From NCBI RefSeq assembly GCF_006345805.1, contig NC_043013.1, positions 9,982,001 through 10,046,000 of the forward strand: a stretch of DNA of 64,000 bases. Direction: 5' to 3'. Positions 39,996 through 54,169 of the stretch are shown here, piece after piece (within the stretch, counting starts at the first letter, position 1; every line of letters starts with the position of its first letter). Under the pieces are notes generated by a model that was given only the letters and a program-made list of their open reading frames with translations, did not search any database and was not told the origin of the DNA. A program made the position numbers and the translations under genes. This stretch comes from Octopus sinensis. Its lineage: Eukaryota.

Positions 39996-40719
39996 ATATA
40001 TATGATGATCGTTACGTCCATTATTTTGACCAATTCTGTTTCATAGCAGAATCGTTACCAAATCATTATTTGTCTCCAGTTCTATGTATTGAGTAAAAAA
40101 AAAAAAAACTATGGGGAAAAACAACTTAATTGTGTCTTGTTGTTATTTTCTGTTTTTTTTTTTTAACATCTAAAAGAGAAATTATTTCCTCTTGTTTTAT
40201 TAGCAAAACACCTGTACAAGTTTCGGTTAATCGATAAATGATCGAAAAATACCGAGAATTGTTCCTTTGCAGCTCTTTTTAATTTTACGACTGATGAATA
40301 ACAAGCATAACAATATAGTTTTTGAAGGGAAGAAAACGAAATATATGTCGCTTGTTTTAAACTGATTTTTATAATTTTTATGATTATTAAATATTCTTTC
40401 ATGCATTTCAGCCCAAAGACTGTGGCCATCCTGGGGCATCGTCAGTAATCATCAAATTTTCAATGAGAGAATTTGATAATGTATACTATCTATATAATTT
40501 TAAAACTTGTACTTGTTTCAGTCATTGGACTGTGGCCATACTATGGTAATACCTTCAGATGATTCAATCGGACAAATCGATCATACCACTTATGTTTTAC
40601 CTTTTAAGTCTGATAATACAAATTTATGGAAGCGTAAATAAACCAACACCGATTACGCTGGTTTACCAAAAAAAATGTGTTGCTCTGAAGCAAGGATGTG
40701 AATAGACGTTTTTATTTTA

Positions 40720-42797
40720 CTAATTTTCGTAACGGTTTTGCACTATCACCTCTAGTTGTTTTAATTTCACATATCCCATCTTAATTATATTGCATATGAA
40801 TTCAAAATATAATGTGTTTATTTCATCTGTTACAAACGCATATTACAGAAAAACGAAACAGCATAGATACAGAACATTGATGGAACTAAATTACTTGGAT
40901 AATACAATACATACAAATCATAGTACAGCAGAAATGAGTTTTCTGGACGATCTTGTTTACTTTGCCTCTGGGATGTCATGTGAGAGCATCCATCAGAAGT
41001 ACCCCATCATATTGGGGTTCCACTTTCTTTGGTAGTTGCTCTCCATCTTAGTAATAATGTGGTAGAAACTTTCTCTATGCTCATCACTCACTGCTCCAAG
41101 ATTTGGAGGAAAGTATTTGAGGTGGGAGTGCAGAAAGTGAATTTTGATTGACATTCGGCATTTCATATCCTCATAAGACTGTAACAACGTCTCGGTACGC
41201 TCTTTGCAATCTGGTACCCGTGTGTTACCAAGGTAATCCATGGCAGTTTGACTTAAATGCTTCCCATGCTCTCAATTCCTTTAAGGTAAGATGCTCCTCA
41301 AAGTCCTCATCCTTCAGCATCTCTGATGTCCGGCGAAGATACCTCCCTTGAGCTTAGCAGAACTCCGCGTTGGGAACAGATTACACAAGTGTTGGAAGGT
41401 GGCGCCACTATTGTCCATGGTCTTCGCAAAATTCTTCATTAAACCAAGCTTGATATGAAGAAGAGGAAGAATTATCTTGTTCATGTGTGCCAGAGGATCT
41501 TCTTGGACGCTGTGTTCACCAGGCACGAAAGTGCTCCTAGATCTCTAGTCCTTCTTCTTGTAGTGCTTGGACACAACCCGACTATCCTAGAGAAAGAAAA
41601 AGCAACAGTACTTTGTGAAACCCGCATGCATACTCACAAGGAACCCAGTGACCTTGGGGTCCCCGCAGAGACTCCACTGGTACTGGTTGTACTTCACAGC
41701 CTCCAAAAGGGGTCCCATATTGTCATACGACTTCTTCAGATGGACTGGGTATTTATTCCCATTGTGCTGGTACACAGATTTCTGTCTTCGATTGGAAGAG
41801 GCTATGGAAAGACGCCAGTCTGAGGGACTGTGTGGAAAACTAAGAAAGGTGAATATGCCAGAGATATTTGTGCAGTAGAACAACCTGTTTTCCATGTCGA
41901 GGAATGAAGCAAAATCTTGGTTCTGTGTTCTGAAACTGATGATCCTTACATCTGCATTGACCAGGTTCCACTACTTAAGCCGGCATGCCAGAAGCTCTGA
42001 CTGCTGCTTAGACTGACACAAACGACGGGCAAGGTCATTCGGGTCATCCTGCCTGTTCCAGGGTGGGTCATTACCACTTGCTTCTGAATAAACTGTAACA
42101 TTGTCTTCAGAAGAGATCGAATTGACAGAAACTTCCCCTGAAGGCATTTCTTCATCTGATGAATGATCCTTATTTACTGGGGATCTATGGACAGGGAGAT
42201 CATCTGAACAGGTCTCATAGCTGAGGAAAGGTTGGAATATTTGATCTTTTTTTCTAGAAGAAGCGTTGAAAGCTGTTATATTAGACAAAATTAACAATCA
42301 TCTTCATGGCTCCGTGGATCTCTCCAGACCATCGGGACAGCAAAGTTGAAGGCTACTTTCTTTCCGTTAAACCGTGCAGTTCGTCCATTTTAATAGGGTT
42401 TACAGTAGATGTGTAGGGCCTAAGATTTGACCCGATCTCCAATTTTACAGTCAAAATAATGAAAATAAGCAGTTCTCACGGGGGAAGTAATTGTTTGGCG
42501 CTGTGCAACTGTCGTAAAATCCCTACACACGTAGCAGAATGAATTTGCCTTCTTGATTTATCCTCGGTGTTTTGAAGTGCCTGAAGCCATTGTAGAGATA
42601 TGTATTATGTATCACAATACAATATAAAAATTGATTATATATATAGGGTCACTTGACTTGTCGCAAAATCATAATGATGTATATGTCAAAAATTAGAGGT
42701 GATAAGTGAAAACTGGTTTTGTATCTGAAATCAGCACTCCAAAATTAGGCTTGAACAAATATTTTGATGTTTGCCTCAATTTCTATGTAAGCCAGTG
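40720..42797 (-). mobile_element. Decayed Chapaev3-like (CMC superfamily) DNA transposon; transposase pseudogene about 42590->40925
   Basis: Minus strand: N-terminal FCYVC...AYFHYFDCKIGD...FAVPMVWRDPRSHEDDC*FC (Chapa-like Cys/His motif), then WSLCGDPKV...GFTKYCCF, ILPLLHIKLGLMKNF...KLKGGIF, HLKYFPPNLGAVSDEHRESF...MESNYQRKWNPNMMGY. The terminus CACTG at 42797 is followed outside by TTA. A subterminal AGAGGTGATA motif occurs at both ends in inverted orientation; the far-left terminus appears lost. Confidence 0.8.
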
Positions 42798-42842
42798 TTA
42801 TCAATCACTGACATGATGTCTGTAACAAACGCAGATACAAAG

Positions 42843-42903
<61 letters not shown>

Positions 42904-43648
42904 GAAAAAAAAACAACTTTTATCAATTCAAAATGAACAATTAAGTTACACCATCTAGAAAATTACATATAATAGAAATATTAAAATTAAAATAACAATA
43001 ATATACCGATGATTAAGTAAGTTGCAAAATAATAAGGTATATATTTGGTAGAATAACGACACGTGTTTCGTGGCTTTATTTATAATGATATATATATATA
43101 TATATATATAATTATATAGTAATAATGAAAACTTTTGGATGGAAATTCATTAATCTTTGACTGCATTGCTACGTACGTTTCCACAAATAACGTGTTTGTT
43201 GCGGCAATCCCCATCCATAGGATATTACAAATATGATTTGTAGTATCCTATGTGTTTGTGTGTGTGTGTGTGTACGATTGGTTTTCCACACATTCCGTCT
43301 ACAAATTCACTCACAACCATTGGCCTGTCCGGGGATATAAAGAAGACACTTACAGTAGGACTGAACCTGAAACCGCGTGATTGCAATACAAGCTTCTTAA
43401 CCATACAGTCACACCTATATCTAAAGCATATTTAAATCGGAAATCGTTACTAATACATCTTTTGTAATGCGTATCATTTGTTTTTAGAGATTAAAAAAAT
43501 AGTTACTGATGCTTTATATGGAATAGAAAATTCTATGAAATTCTTCCTTTAATATACTGACTTACTGTAGTTTATTGAAAGATAGTCAATATATAACTTG
43601 AATGTAAACGTCCGTAGAGATACTTTTTTGTAACTATTTTTTAAGCAT

Positions 43649-44031
43649 AGGAAGCACTCCGTCGGTTACGATGACGAGGGTTCCGGTTGATCCGATAAAC
43701 GGAACAGCCTGATCGTTAAATTAACGTGCAAGTGGCTGAGCACTCCACAGACACGTGTACCATTAACGTAGTTCTCGGGGATATTCAGCGTGACACAGAG
43801 AGTGACAAGGCCGGCCCTTTGAAATACAGGTACAACAGAAACAGGAAGTAAGAGTGAGAGAAAGTTGTGGTGAAAGAGTACAGCAGGGATCACTACCATC
43901 CCTGCCGGAGCCTCGTGGAGCTTTAGGTGTTTTCGCTCAATAAACACTCACAACGCCCGGTCTGGGAATCGAAACCGCGATCCTACGACCACGATTCCAC
44001 TGCCCTAACCACTGGGCCATTGCGCCTCCAC
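43649..44031 (-). mobile_element. Modular SINE: head Y + tail 1, 12-bp TSD ttttttaagcat
   Basis: TSD at 43637-43648 and 44032-44043. Head Y (gaaaacacctaaagctccacg) is followed by tail 1 (gtacctgtatttcaaagggccggcc...ccctcgtcatcgtaaccgacggagt). Confidence 0.85.
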
Positions 44032-44189
44032 TTTTTTAAGCATTCAAATGATTCGATATACTCATGTTTATTTCTTGGTTTTCCACGGAGTTCTGTAGAG
44101 TGCAAATATGATTTAGGATTTATACATGATTTAATTTTTCGTCCTTGATCGACGGTACTGCAGAAACAGTAACTTAACTTTAAAAAAGC

Positions 44190-44398
44190 GGCGAGTTGGC
44201 AGTAACGTTAGCACGTAAAATGTTTAGCGGTATTTCGCGTGCCGCAACGTTCTGAGTTCAAATTCCGCCGAGGTCGACTCTGCCTTTCATCCTTTCGTGG
44301 TCGATTAAATAAGTACAAGTTGTGCACTGGAGTCGATATAATCGACTTAATCCGTTTGTATGTCCTTGTTTGTCCCCTTTGTTAGCAGTAGAGAAATA
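44190..44398 (+). mobile_element. SINE family A with a probable 17-bp target-site duplication (agaaacagtaacttaac)
   Basis: Family A head and core; the duplicated motif is at about 44162 and 44399. Confidence 0.8.
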
Positions 44399-44789
44399 AG
44401 AAACAGTAACTTAACCAACTTTGCTGTGTCTGAGCTATTTTCAGAACAAGTATCTAGCCCCAAATACATTTACATTTCTCAACTCCTTCATACGCCACGA
44501 AGGAAAAACAAGTCAGCACATTTGTTTCATACTTAGAGCCGTAGAGGATGACAAACTTTGCTTATATATAACCGTACATATTTGCCTTCGGCGTTACTAA
44601 TTTAGCCTTTTTAAAACACTTGATATATTACCCCACAAGGCATCCCATGTATACTATTACAGTGGGCATGGTTTGTGTATGACCAGTCTTACTCGAATTT
44701 CGTTCAACTTGTATTGGTTTGGTACAACAAATATCACATACCCAGGAGCTTTCCAGATGCAAGATTTGTATGGAGTTAACCTGCCTTAG

Positions 44790-44990
44790 ATTATCAGTTA
44801 TAGAATTGAAGAGCATCATTTGTCCTGAGTCTGTTCAGGTGTCTATAAATGACTACCGAAATTTTCGTCATACAAGTCGAATTTTTCAAACAAAATTTAA
44901 CAGCCAAAGAAAGGTAGGCAGACCAAAGAAGATTTTGGAGAACAAAATATTCTGTGAAATGCAGTAAGATTTGGAAATGTGGCAACAATA
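44790..44990 (+). mobile_element. Possible old RTE-like LINE 3' relic
   Basis: RIFQTKFNSQRKVGRPKKILENKIFCEMQ loosely resembles the RTE C-terminal R.RGRP..RW.D.I motif. Confidence 0.35.
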
Positions 44991-45675
44991 GTTGAATGTT
45001 TACACTACGTGTTTAAACTATATGATTACGTCGGCTTATAATGTCGGAAAGTGCAGCATGTGGAACGACCAGGCGTTTTGTTTATTGACATGCTATACAG
45101 AATTTGATAATGTATATTATCTATATCCTTTTAAAACTTGTACTTATTTCAGTCATTGGACTGTGGCCATACTATGGTAATACCTTCAGATGATTTAATC
45201 GGACAAATCGATCATAGCGCTTGTTTTACCTTTTAAGTCTGATAATACAAATTTATGGAAGCGTAAATAAACCAACACCGATTACGCTAGTTTACAAAAA
45301 AAAATGTGTTGCTCTGAAGCAAGGATGTGAATAGACGTTTTTATTTTACTAATTTTCGTAACGGTTTTGCACTATCACCTCTAGTTGTTTTAATTTCACA
45401 AATCCCATCTTAATTATATTGCATATGAATTCAAAATATAATGTATATAGTGTACTCCTTTCAAGTGCAGGTTTCTTATGTACCATTTATTACACTCTTC
45501 CAACCTTGATATTGCGTGAAATATCAATAATTGTAAAATCAGGTTAGCTAATGTTGCATTCAGATTGACTTTCGACATCATTCATAAGCCTAAGTCTAAT
45601 GATGAAATGAATTAAACTTAAAATGAAACGGCATTTATTTCAGACGATCCAATACTACAATACAATATACGTATA

Positions 45676-45826
45676 TATATAGAATTAAGAGATAGAACCT
45701 CCGTAAAGTAATAAAATTAATACTGAAAGATATTATATAAATTTAAATATATTATTATTAACATTGTATTAAAAATTTCTATTTAAAAAATACATTAAAA
45801 CGACTTCTATCTCTTAATTCTATATA
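45676..45826. mobile_element. AT-rich MITE with 22-bp perfect TIRs in TA context
   Basis: TATATAGAATTAAGAGATAGAA (45676-45697) and TTCTATCTCTTAATTCTATATA (45805-45826). Confidence 0.65.
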
Positions 45827-45920
45827 ATAGCGCGAAATTTGATTTAGTATTACTAAATTGAGTTTGTTTTCTCCTGCTGCCTTTGGAATTTTATATTCCC
45901 TACTATTAATAATTATATAT

Positions 45921-45971
<51 letters not shown>

Positions 45972-47332
45972 TAAAATATTTTACTTCAGTATACACCACC
46001 TAATTATTTTCATTCGAACTTGAGAAATATGGATTTTATCATGTATTATTGCCACTATCAACGAATTTTAGTTCTCTCTTCGAAAAAGGAAAGCAGGTCG
46101 TTCATTTGCTTAATTTAATAAATTATCTGTGGAAAGTGAAATCTCTACCAAAATTTGTTTCGCAAAAATATTTGTTTCAGAAAATTAAATACTAATTAGA
46201 TGAAAGTGTTTTCTTTAATGGTTCTAGAAAATGGAAGTCTGTGGCTTTCAGAACCGGAAGCGGTGGGAGAAAATGTAATGATATATAATTAAGTAAAAGT
46301 CCGTTAAGTTCTGAGTTTAAATTCTCTTCCCGCTGCTCTCTAATTAGAGAGGCTAATTTAATTCAAAAGTATGTATAGTTGCTTATATATTAGCAAACGA
46401 GTTGCATATAAAATTTTGCTGTTGGAAAAAGATTTACTTTTAACATTACCTTAAAAATGTATTGATTGAACTAAGAAAATTGTGAATGTGGAATGTAGTT
46501 CAACATTCTATTTCCTTCGGAAAAAAACTGTTATTGGTAAACCATTGGAGATATCAGTACCAAAATTATCTGTTTAGAATTGGTGTCTTAGGAAGCAAAT
46601 GCTTGTCTATGTCGGGATTTTACAGTACATAGCAGAGTTCAAAGAGAAGTCCGAGTTGCTACAGGAAGTGAAGAATTTAAAGTTACTGACACTTTTGCTC
46701 ACAATTAGAAAGAGCCAGAAATTGACGCTAGCGATTTGGCTTCTGCAGAATTTATAATGATGAACTATCAAAACGATTTCTCAAGAATCGACTTAATTTG
46801 GTTCCGCGTATCAGTCTTTTTGAAAGCAATATCTAAGAAAGGCCACTTTCTAATAAATTTAAATATGAAATAGAAGCAGAGCTAGTGTGATAAGCATTAT
46901 CGGGCACATATACTTAACATATATCAATATAAGCCACGAAAATGGCGAAACATCGATGTCCATCACTCTTAAATGAAATTTAGAGTGAGGTATCTCACCT
47001 GTCCAAGACTTGTAATTATTTTAACACCCGCCACTTTGAGAGAGTTATCTCCATCACATCACTTCGCAGCCTTCCGGTAAATAGCCTATCCTCGTACTAT
47101 AAGTACATGTAGTCGATAATGCCTAATAAATCTGTTTATATATTCATGAGAATGTTTGTCTAATTCTGAAAAGCATTACTCAGCGCCTATATAGAATTAT
47201 AAATTAAAGACATTAAAACGAGTTCGATATATATTTACTCAAACCATTTACACAATTCATGCGAATGTAACACTACAATGTGAAGTGATTACGATTTTAG
47301 ACGTAAAAATCTTTGAATATCTATAATAGATA

Positions 47333-47712
47333 TACTCTTTTACTTGTTTCAGTCATTTGACTGCGGCCATGCTGGACCAGCGCCTTTAGTCGAGCAAATC
47401 GACCCCGGGACTTATTCTTTGTAAGCCCAGTACTTACTCTATCAGTCTCTTTTGCCGAACCGCTAAGTGACGGAGACGTAAACACACCAGCATCGGTTGT
47501 CAAGCAATGCTAGGGGGACAAACACACACACACATATATACATATATACGACAGGCTTCTTTCAGTTTCCGTCTACCAAATCCACTCACAAGACATTGGT
47601 CGGCCCGGGGCTATAGCAGAAGGCACTTGCCCAAAATGCCACGCAGTGGGACTGAACCCGGAACCGTGTGGTTGGTTAGCAAGCTACTTACCACACAGCC
47701 ACTCCTGCGCCT
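47333..47712 (-). mobile_element. SINE family B (full length)
   Basis: Aligns with 11792-12186; contains the ggcaccttgggcaagtg-type CORE-like segment. Confidence 0.85.
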
Positions 47713-47750
47713 AAGTTATTTTTTAAATTTATAAGTTATTTTTTAAATTT

Positions 47751-48040
47751 ATTTATGCGCCCTTTTCAAGCTTATCCAGGCTCATGGACCCAATTACCCG
47801 GTTTCTATAGCGTATGTGTTCCCCCCAGCTGGACGGGACGCTAGTCCATCGCAGCGTTACTCAAGAAACAGGAAGAAAGAGTGAGAGAAAGTTGGGGCGA
47901 AAGAGTACAACAGAGGTCGCCACCATCCCCTGCCGAATATCGTGGAGCTTTAGTTGTTTTCGCTCAATAAACACACACAACATCCGGTTTGGGAATCAAA
48001 CCGCGAGTCCGCTGCCTTAACCATTTGGCCATTGCGCCTC
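47751..48040 (-). mobile_element. Modular SINE: head Y + tail 2
   Basis: Minus strand ...gaaaacaactaaagctccacg...caactttctctcactctttcttcctgtttcttg, then agtaacgctgcgatggactagcgtcccgtccagctggggg. Confidence 0.8.
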
Positions 48041-48055
48041 ACATATATATAAGTG

Positions 48056-48199
<144 letters not shown>

Positions 48200-48650
48200 A
48201 TATTAGGGAGTAAATCCAAACTTACAGGGAAAACTTAGATTTAGATTAAATCAAATTTCACAGTATAAATATAACTTAAATTAGAGATAAAACCACTATT
48301 AGGCAAATCAAACAGTGAAAAACATAAACCAAAACATAAAAATAAATATAATTAATATAATATACAAAAAATATAAAATATAAAATTTTAAATTAAATTA
48401 TTTAAATTTAAAATTTTTAAGTTATATTTATAAATTTTTATATTTTTGATATTTTTTAAATTTTAAATTTATAAATTTTTAAACTTTTAATTTTTTAATA
48501 TTTATATTTATTTATCTATTTATTATTTAATATTTTTAAAATATATAACTATCAAAAGGTATTAAAAAGTTTAATATAGTATACATATATATATATATAC
48601 ATACATACGTATGTTATATGTGTATATATACCTATATATTGCACTCACAA

Positions 48651-48713
<63 letters not shown>

Positions 48714-49122
48714 TATTTGTGTATGTGTGCGCGCGCATATTTGTGTGTCAGATATATATAGATTAAATTTTGCTTTGTGACACTGATTACTTTCTTTTGC
48801 ATCCAACCGAAACTTCTGTCATTTCTGCAATGGAATCTGCTAGTTACGCAGTGATAAACCATCAGCACACTATATCGCCCGTTGTTGCCAATAACAGGGT
48901 AGGATAGCTGGGCAAATAGCGGTTTCTCCCATTTGTTTATGGTGTCTCTTGACAGGAACTAGAGTGCGAGAAAACTTGGGTTGCGTCATAGTGAATCAAC
49001 AATATAGTACACATGAATATATTCAGCAAGGTAAATTATCTTTCTCTCATTTTAATAACCATATATATATTTGCTACTTCTAGCAGGTAAGGGTGGCCTC
49101 TCTTGTGTGTAAATGTACACAA

Positions 49123-49424
<302 letters not shown>

Positions 49425-49432
49425 TATATATA

Positions 49433-49637
49433 TCACCTTGATCACCTTGACGACCAGTACGTCAGGCGTCCATTTGACACCGCTGGTCACAGCACGCTGT
49501 CCACTCCTCTCTGGATCGCGCCTTTCTCATCCACGTGATCCCAATCATCCTCTTGAAATCGTAACTCCACCGTCGTGGAGGTCTTCAGGGTGGTCTTTTC
49601 CGCTCACGCGGGTACCACTCTACAACTGCGTGCGTCT

Positions 49638-49641
<4 letters not shown>
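49433..49641 (-). mobile_element. 3' end of an RTE-clade LINE (5'-truncated)
   Basis: Minus strand 49626->49462 reads VVEWYPRERKRPP*RPPRRWSYDFKRMIGITWMRKARSREEWTACCDQRCQMDA*, matching the RTE ORF2 C-terminal pattern (EW.PR..KR..GRP..RW.D...W...A..R..W). It ends in a short (TCAAGGTGA)x2 tail. Confidence 0.8.
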
Positions 49642-49721
<80 letters not shown>

Positions 49722-50781
49722 ATATATAACATAGACCTTTTAAGTTTCGGCTCCAATATTAATTGTTATCCATCCATTTCTTTTTTTGATTTTCTGACGA
49801 TGTGTTTGCTCCATGCGCTTGCCCTGTGAGTTGCATCTATTGGTTGCATCAGTAGTGTGACTTCATGTGTTTCTGAATACTAAAAAACTTGTAACAGCTG
49901 GAATGAAGGAGTGCTAAGTTATGCCCCAAGTTTTTTTTTACTCTTAATCTGCTGCGCTCTTTGTATTTGTGTATGCGTATAAGCATATTACATACAACAC
50001 ACACACACACACATATATGACTATTCATAAATATGTACATGTATCACTTGTGTGTGTGTGAGTTGGTCAGTATGTATATATATGTTTTTAGTGTAGCACA
50101 CACATAGATACACATACATATGCATATGTGCGGGAGTGTGTATGTGTGTGTTGTAATACTAAGGCGTGAACAGAACCGTCTTTACTTGATTTAGTTATTT
50201 TAAACAAGACAGACATTGTCTGACTCTAGTGTTTACTATTGAGGTCACATATGGTGTACAAAATATTCCACAGGCTTGCGTTCCATCGAGATGCATGTTT
50301 TTACGTTATACTAATTCTTATAAACATAACTGATTGCTTTTTAATGCAATTTACTTAAGAACAAACAAGGGCTGTGTATAGAAAGCATATAACCACATGC
50401 ATACACCCACACACACATACATACGTATGTATGTGTTTGCATACATATGTTTAGATATGTGAGTATATATGTAAATATATATATCTTTAAACATTTGCTT
50501 TTTGTTTTCAGTTATTAATCTACGACTATGTTGGGGCACCGCCTCGGAGAGTTTTAGTCGATTGGTTCGACTCCTATGCGTATAATTAAATCTGTTTCTT
50601 ATTTCATGGGTCGCATAATCTTAAACGCTAAGTTGCCACAGTGTAAACCAATCAACTCGGGTTGTCAAACAGTGGATAGCGGACGAGCATAGGCACAATG
50701 TCAGATGCGACATAATTCTTCAGGGCGGTGCCCATGTATGTCCGCAGGCTAATGACTGAAAAAAAAAAGATAAAGATATAT

Positions 50782-50905
50782 AGGCGCAGGCGTAGTTGTG
50801 TGCTAAGAAGCTTGCTTCCAACCACATGGTTTCAGGTTCATTTCCTCTGCGTGGCACCTTGGGCAAATGTCTTGTACTATAGTCTCCGACCGACCAAAGT
50901 CCGTC

Positions 50906-50984
<79 letters not shown>

Positions 50985-51240
50985 ATATATAATATATATA
51001 TATATATGTATAGCTATGTGTGTGAGTGTGTATATATTTTTGTGTCTGAGTTTATCCCCGTACTACCGCTTGACAACCGATGCTGGTATGTTTATGCCTC
51101 CGAAACTTAGCGTTTTGGCAAAAGAGACCGAGAGAATAAGTACTAGGCTTACAAAGAATAATACCTGGGGTCGATTTGTTCGACTAAAGGCAGTGTGCCA
51201 GCATGGCCGCAGTCATATAACTGAAACAAGAAAAAGAACA
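50782..51240 (+). mobile_element. SINE family B with expanded internal (TA)n
   Basis: aggcgcaggcgtagttgtgtgctaag...gtggcaccttgggcaaatgtc... (TA)n ...gcatggccgcagtc...gaaacaag. Confidence 0.8.
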
Positions 51241-52653
51241 AAACAATATAGAACATACACTAGATTTTATTGTATTCCTTAAACTAATTTACATATAGTG
51301 TCTTTGTAAACAGCTTAATTGTATAACTGCAGCTAATCAGACGTCAGCCGCGATATTGTAAGTTTTTGTACTTTCTCCTGCACCTTCCCGAATTGTTTTA
51401 GGTACTTAGCTATTCGCGAGCTGATTACTTCTTACTCTCTCAACCTTTGACTCCGCGATGGCACATCTATCCAGTGTATGACCGTTAAGGGAGAGAGAGA
51501 CAGAGAGAGAGATGAGGGGAGAAAAACAGAGAGACAGAGAACCACACGAGCAAATGGGTATCCGTTTTCACATGAGTAAAGTAGAGCAACGTGAAATGAA
51601 GTACCCCTTTCAAGGATAGACACAACGCGCCACTAATTAAAGCAAAGTATGAAGCAAATTAGAGTTTACGAGTAAGTTCTTGTTTGTGTAAGACATAAAT
51701 AAGATGTTTACTATAAGCTCTCTTGGTGGTCAGCAGAATGGGAGGTGGAGACGGGGGGTACTTGCTTTTATATGATGGGTTGCTTGAAAAGTATATCAAG
51801 GCAATCTCCGTTATTTTAATGCATAGGAAGAAACAAGGCACCCCAACCTACTCTCACACACACACACACACACACACGTACACACAGATTTACGCATTTA
51901 TGTGGACAAGCGCATACACTCACATATCCTTCATATATATATATATACAAGCAAATACGTATGAGTATATACAAAACCACACATATCTCCCTATATATAT
52001 TTTGTATATATATATTATATATATATATATATATATACATGCCTGTGTGGTGTATATATACGAGCAGAAAGAATTTAGATGGTGTTAAGTATCATTCCGG
52101 TGCTCTATGGAAGGAATTTACCTCAATTACAGGATGCCATGCTCTGCGTCTTGAAGCACACCTATCGGATACCAGACATAAGATCTTATTTCGACCATGT
52201 ACTTCTTTTGTTTTTTCTTGTTATATTGTATTCTCCTTAGACAATACGTTTTTCTTTTAATTAGAGATTCTATTTTTGTTATTAATGCGTATGGCGGAAA
52301 ACAGTTGGAAGAAATTGCTGAATATCAACAGTAATATGTGTAGTTCAACCACACATCTGCCCTACTCTGACTGACCTACGGTCAAAGGTGTTCTTGACTT
52401 TTAATCCTCTTTATTTAAAAATATTGTATTTGAAAATATTGTATAAGAATTCTGAATGTAAGAGAGTTGACACAGTACATACCCTAGAATAGTAGAGTTA
52501 TATGGATTAACGTGGTGATTCACACTGTCTCAGCTTTATAAACTTGAATATGTTTATGATCCGAGATGTGAGGACTAGGTGGTCGCTCAGCCGCTAGAAA
52601 TATCAACTAAATCGCCATCAAATCATGTCTCTCCGTATAAGTAAACGACGCGT

Positions 52654-52859
52654 GGCTAAACACAGAGGGGAAAAACAAGGACAGACAAACGGATTAAGTC
52701 GATTACATCGACCCCAGTGCGTAACTGGTACTTAATTTATCGACTCCGAAAGGATGAAAGGCAAAGTCGACCTCGGCGGAATTTGAACTTAGAACGTAGC
52801 GGCAGACGAAATACCGCTAAGCATTTCGTCCGGTGTGCTAACGATTCTGCCAGCTTGCC
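52654..52859 (-). mobile_element. SINE family A
   Basis: Reverse complement of the family A head, core and part of the tail. Confidence 0.8.
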
Positions 52860-53745
52860 GCCTTGGGATGTTGTGGCTCTGGTTTCATTGCACGTAGGAA
52901 GATGACGGAACGGTCACGGTTTTAGTGGTTTTATTGTATGTCTACTCTATTATACCTGACCTGAAGCCAACCATGATGGCGCAGACATACAATATTGCGT
53001 TCCTTTAGAGCAGTAGTTGTTGCAGGGAGTAGTGTGAGGTCTGAGTGACATTTATTTCGTTTCCACACTGTGGAGGTTGGTATAATGTTCAGTGTACGTT
53101 ATATGTTGCTTTCGGAGAATGCAATAGACGACATGGGTTAGCTTAGAAATGATTCTGTTCCATATATTTTGATCTACATACATAGGTTCCATAATAAAAA
53201 AGGTTCTGTGACTGTGTCTGTGTGTGTACTTGTGTGTATCTTTCCCGGTGTACGTGTTTTTGCCGAAATTTATTTGTAGATATGCTACCATCACTGAAGT
53301 CAAATTGAAAGTACACATCTTGTAGACATGATGATATGTAAAGGAAACGCTAAATCACATCGATGTGTGAAAGACTTCTAGGGCCTCTATTCTGATTTCT
53401 TTTCATGGTCACAGCTATTTTATTTCACGTGTATCAGAAATAGCCCAGTGAAAGTTTTAAGTATCCTTACGTCTCATATTTTATACTCTGAAAAAGCAAA
53501 TCTAAGGCTTCATACTGATTTTAAAACCAATTCATTTGAAGTTTGTCACTAGGAGGTAATTTTTCACCTGTAAGCTATCCACCATCAGTTTAGTTGTTAC
53601 TATTGTTATTGTTCTCGTAGTCGTTTTGCACTTGTTGAACTTTCTTTAAGTAGGCTAAATGTTGTCCCATTCCGTCTTATTCTCCAACAAAGTACGCCAA
53701 GGTTTACGTCATCCAACTTATCTTCCGTATTTTAAGCTGTTAGAG

Positions 53746-53880
53746 CAGGGTTCACCAAAGTGGTCGATGGGATTATTCAAAGGGTCGATAAATGCGCATC
53801 TACTTAATTATTATTTGTTTATTTTCTTTTATATGACTCGGGGGTGGGTTCCGATGCTCTAAAAAGTTTGGAGACCCCTG
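53746..53880. mobile_element. hAT-type MITE (135 bp)
   Basis: TIRs CAGGGTTCACCAAA / TTTGGAGACCCCTG; 8-bp TSD TGTTAGAG (53738-53745) versus TGTTGGAG (53881-53888). Confidence 0.85.
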
Positions 53881-54039
53881 TGTTGGAGTATGTTAAGCCA
53901 TTAGCCAAATTCCTGTTGTATGAACATCCCTCGATGTAATGATATATAGCCCCCTGATTTTCTCTATATATATATTTCTTTTACTTGTTACAGTCATTTG
54001 ACTGCGGCCATGCGTGAGCACCGCCTCTCTCTCAATCTG

Positions 54040-54121
<82 letters not shown>

Positions 54122-54122
54122 C

Positions 54123-54169
<47 letters not shown>

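Larger units (their letters stand above)
40468..45444 (+). repeat. Dispersed direct repeat of about 347 bp (40468-40815 and 45099-45444)
   Basis: The copies differ at only a few positions and lie 4.63 kb apart. Confidence 0.9.

Noticed and set aside
46590-46830. Possible hAT transposase remnant
   Set aside because: Only vague similarity across broken frames; no diagnostic motif could be confirmed by eye.
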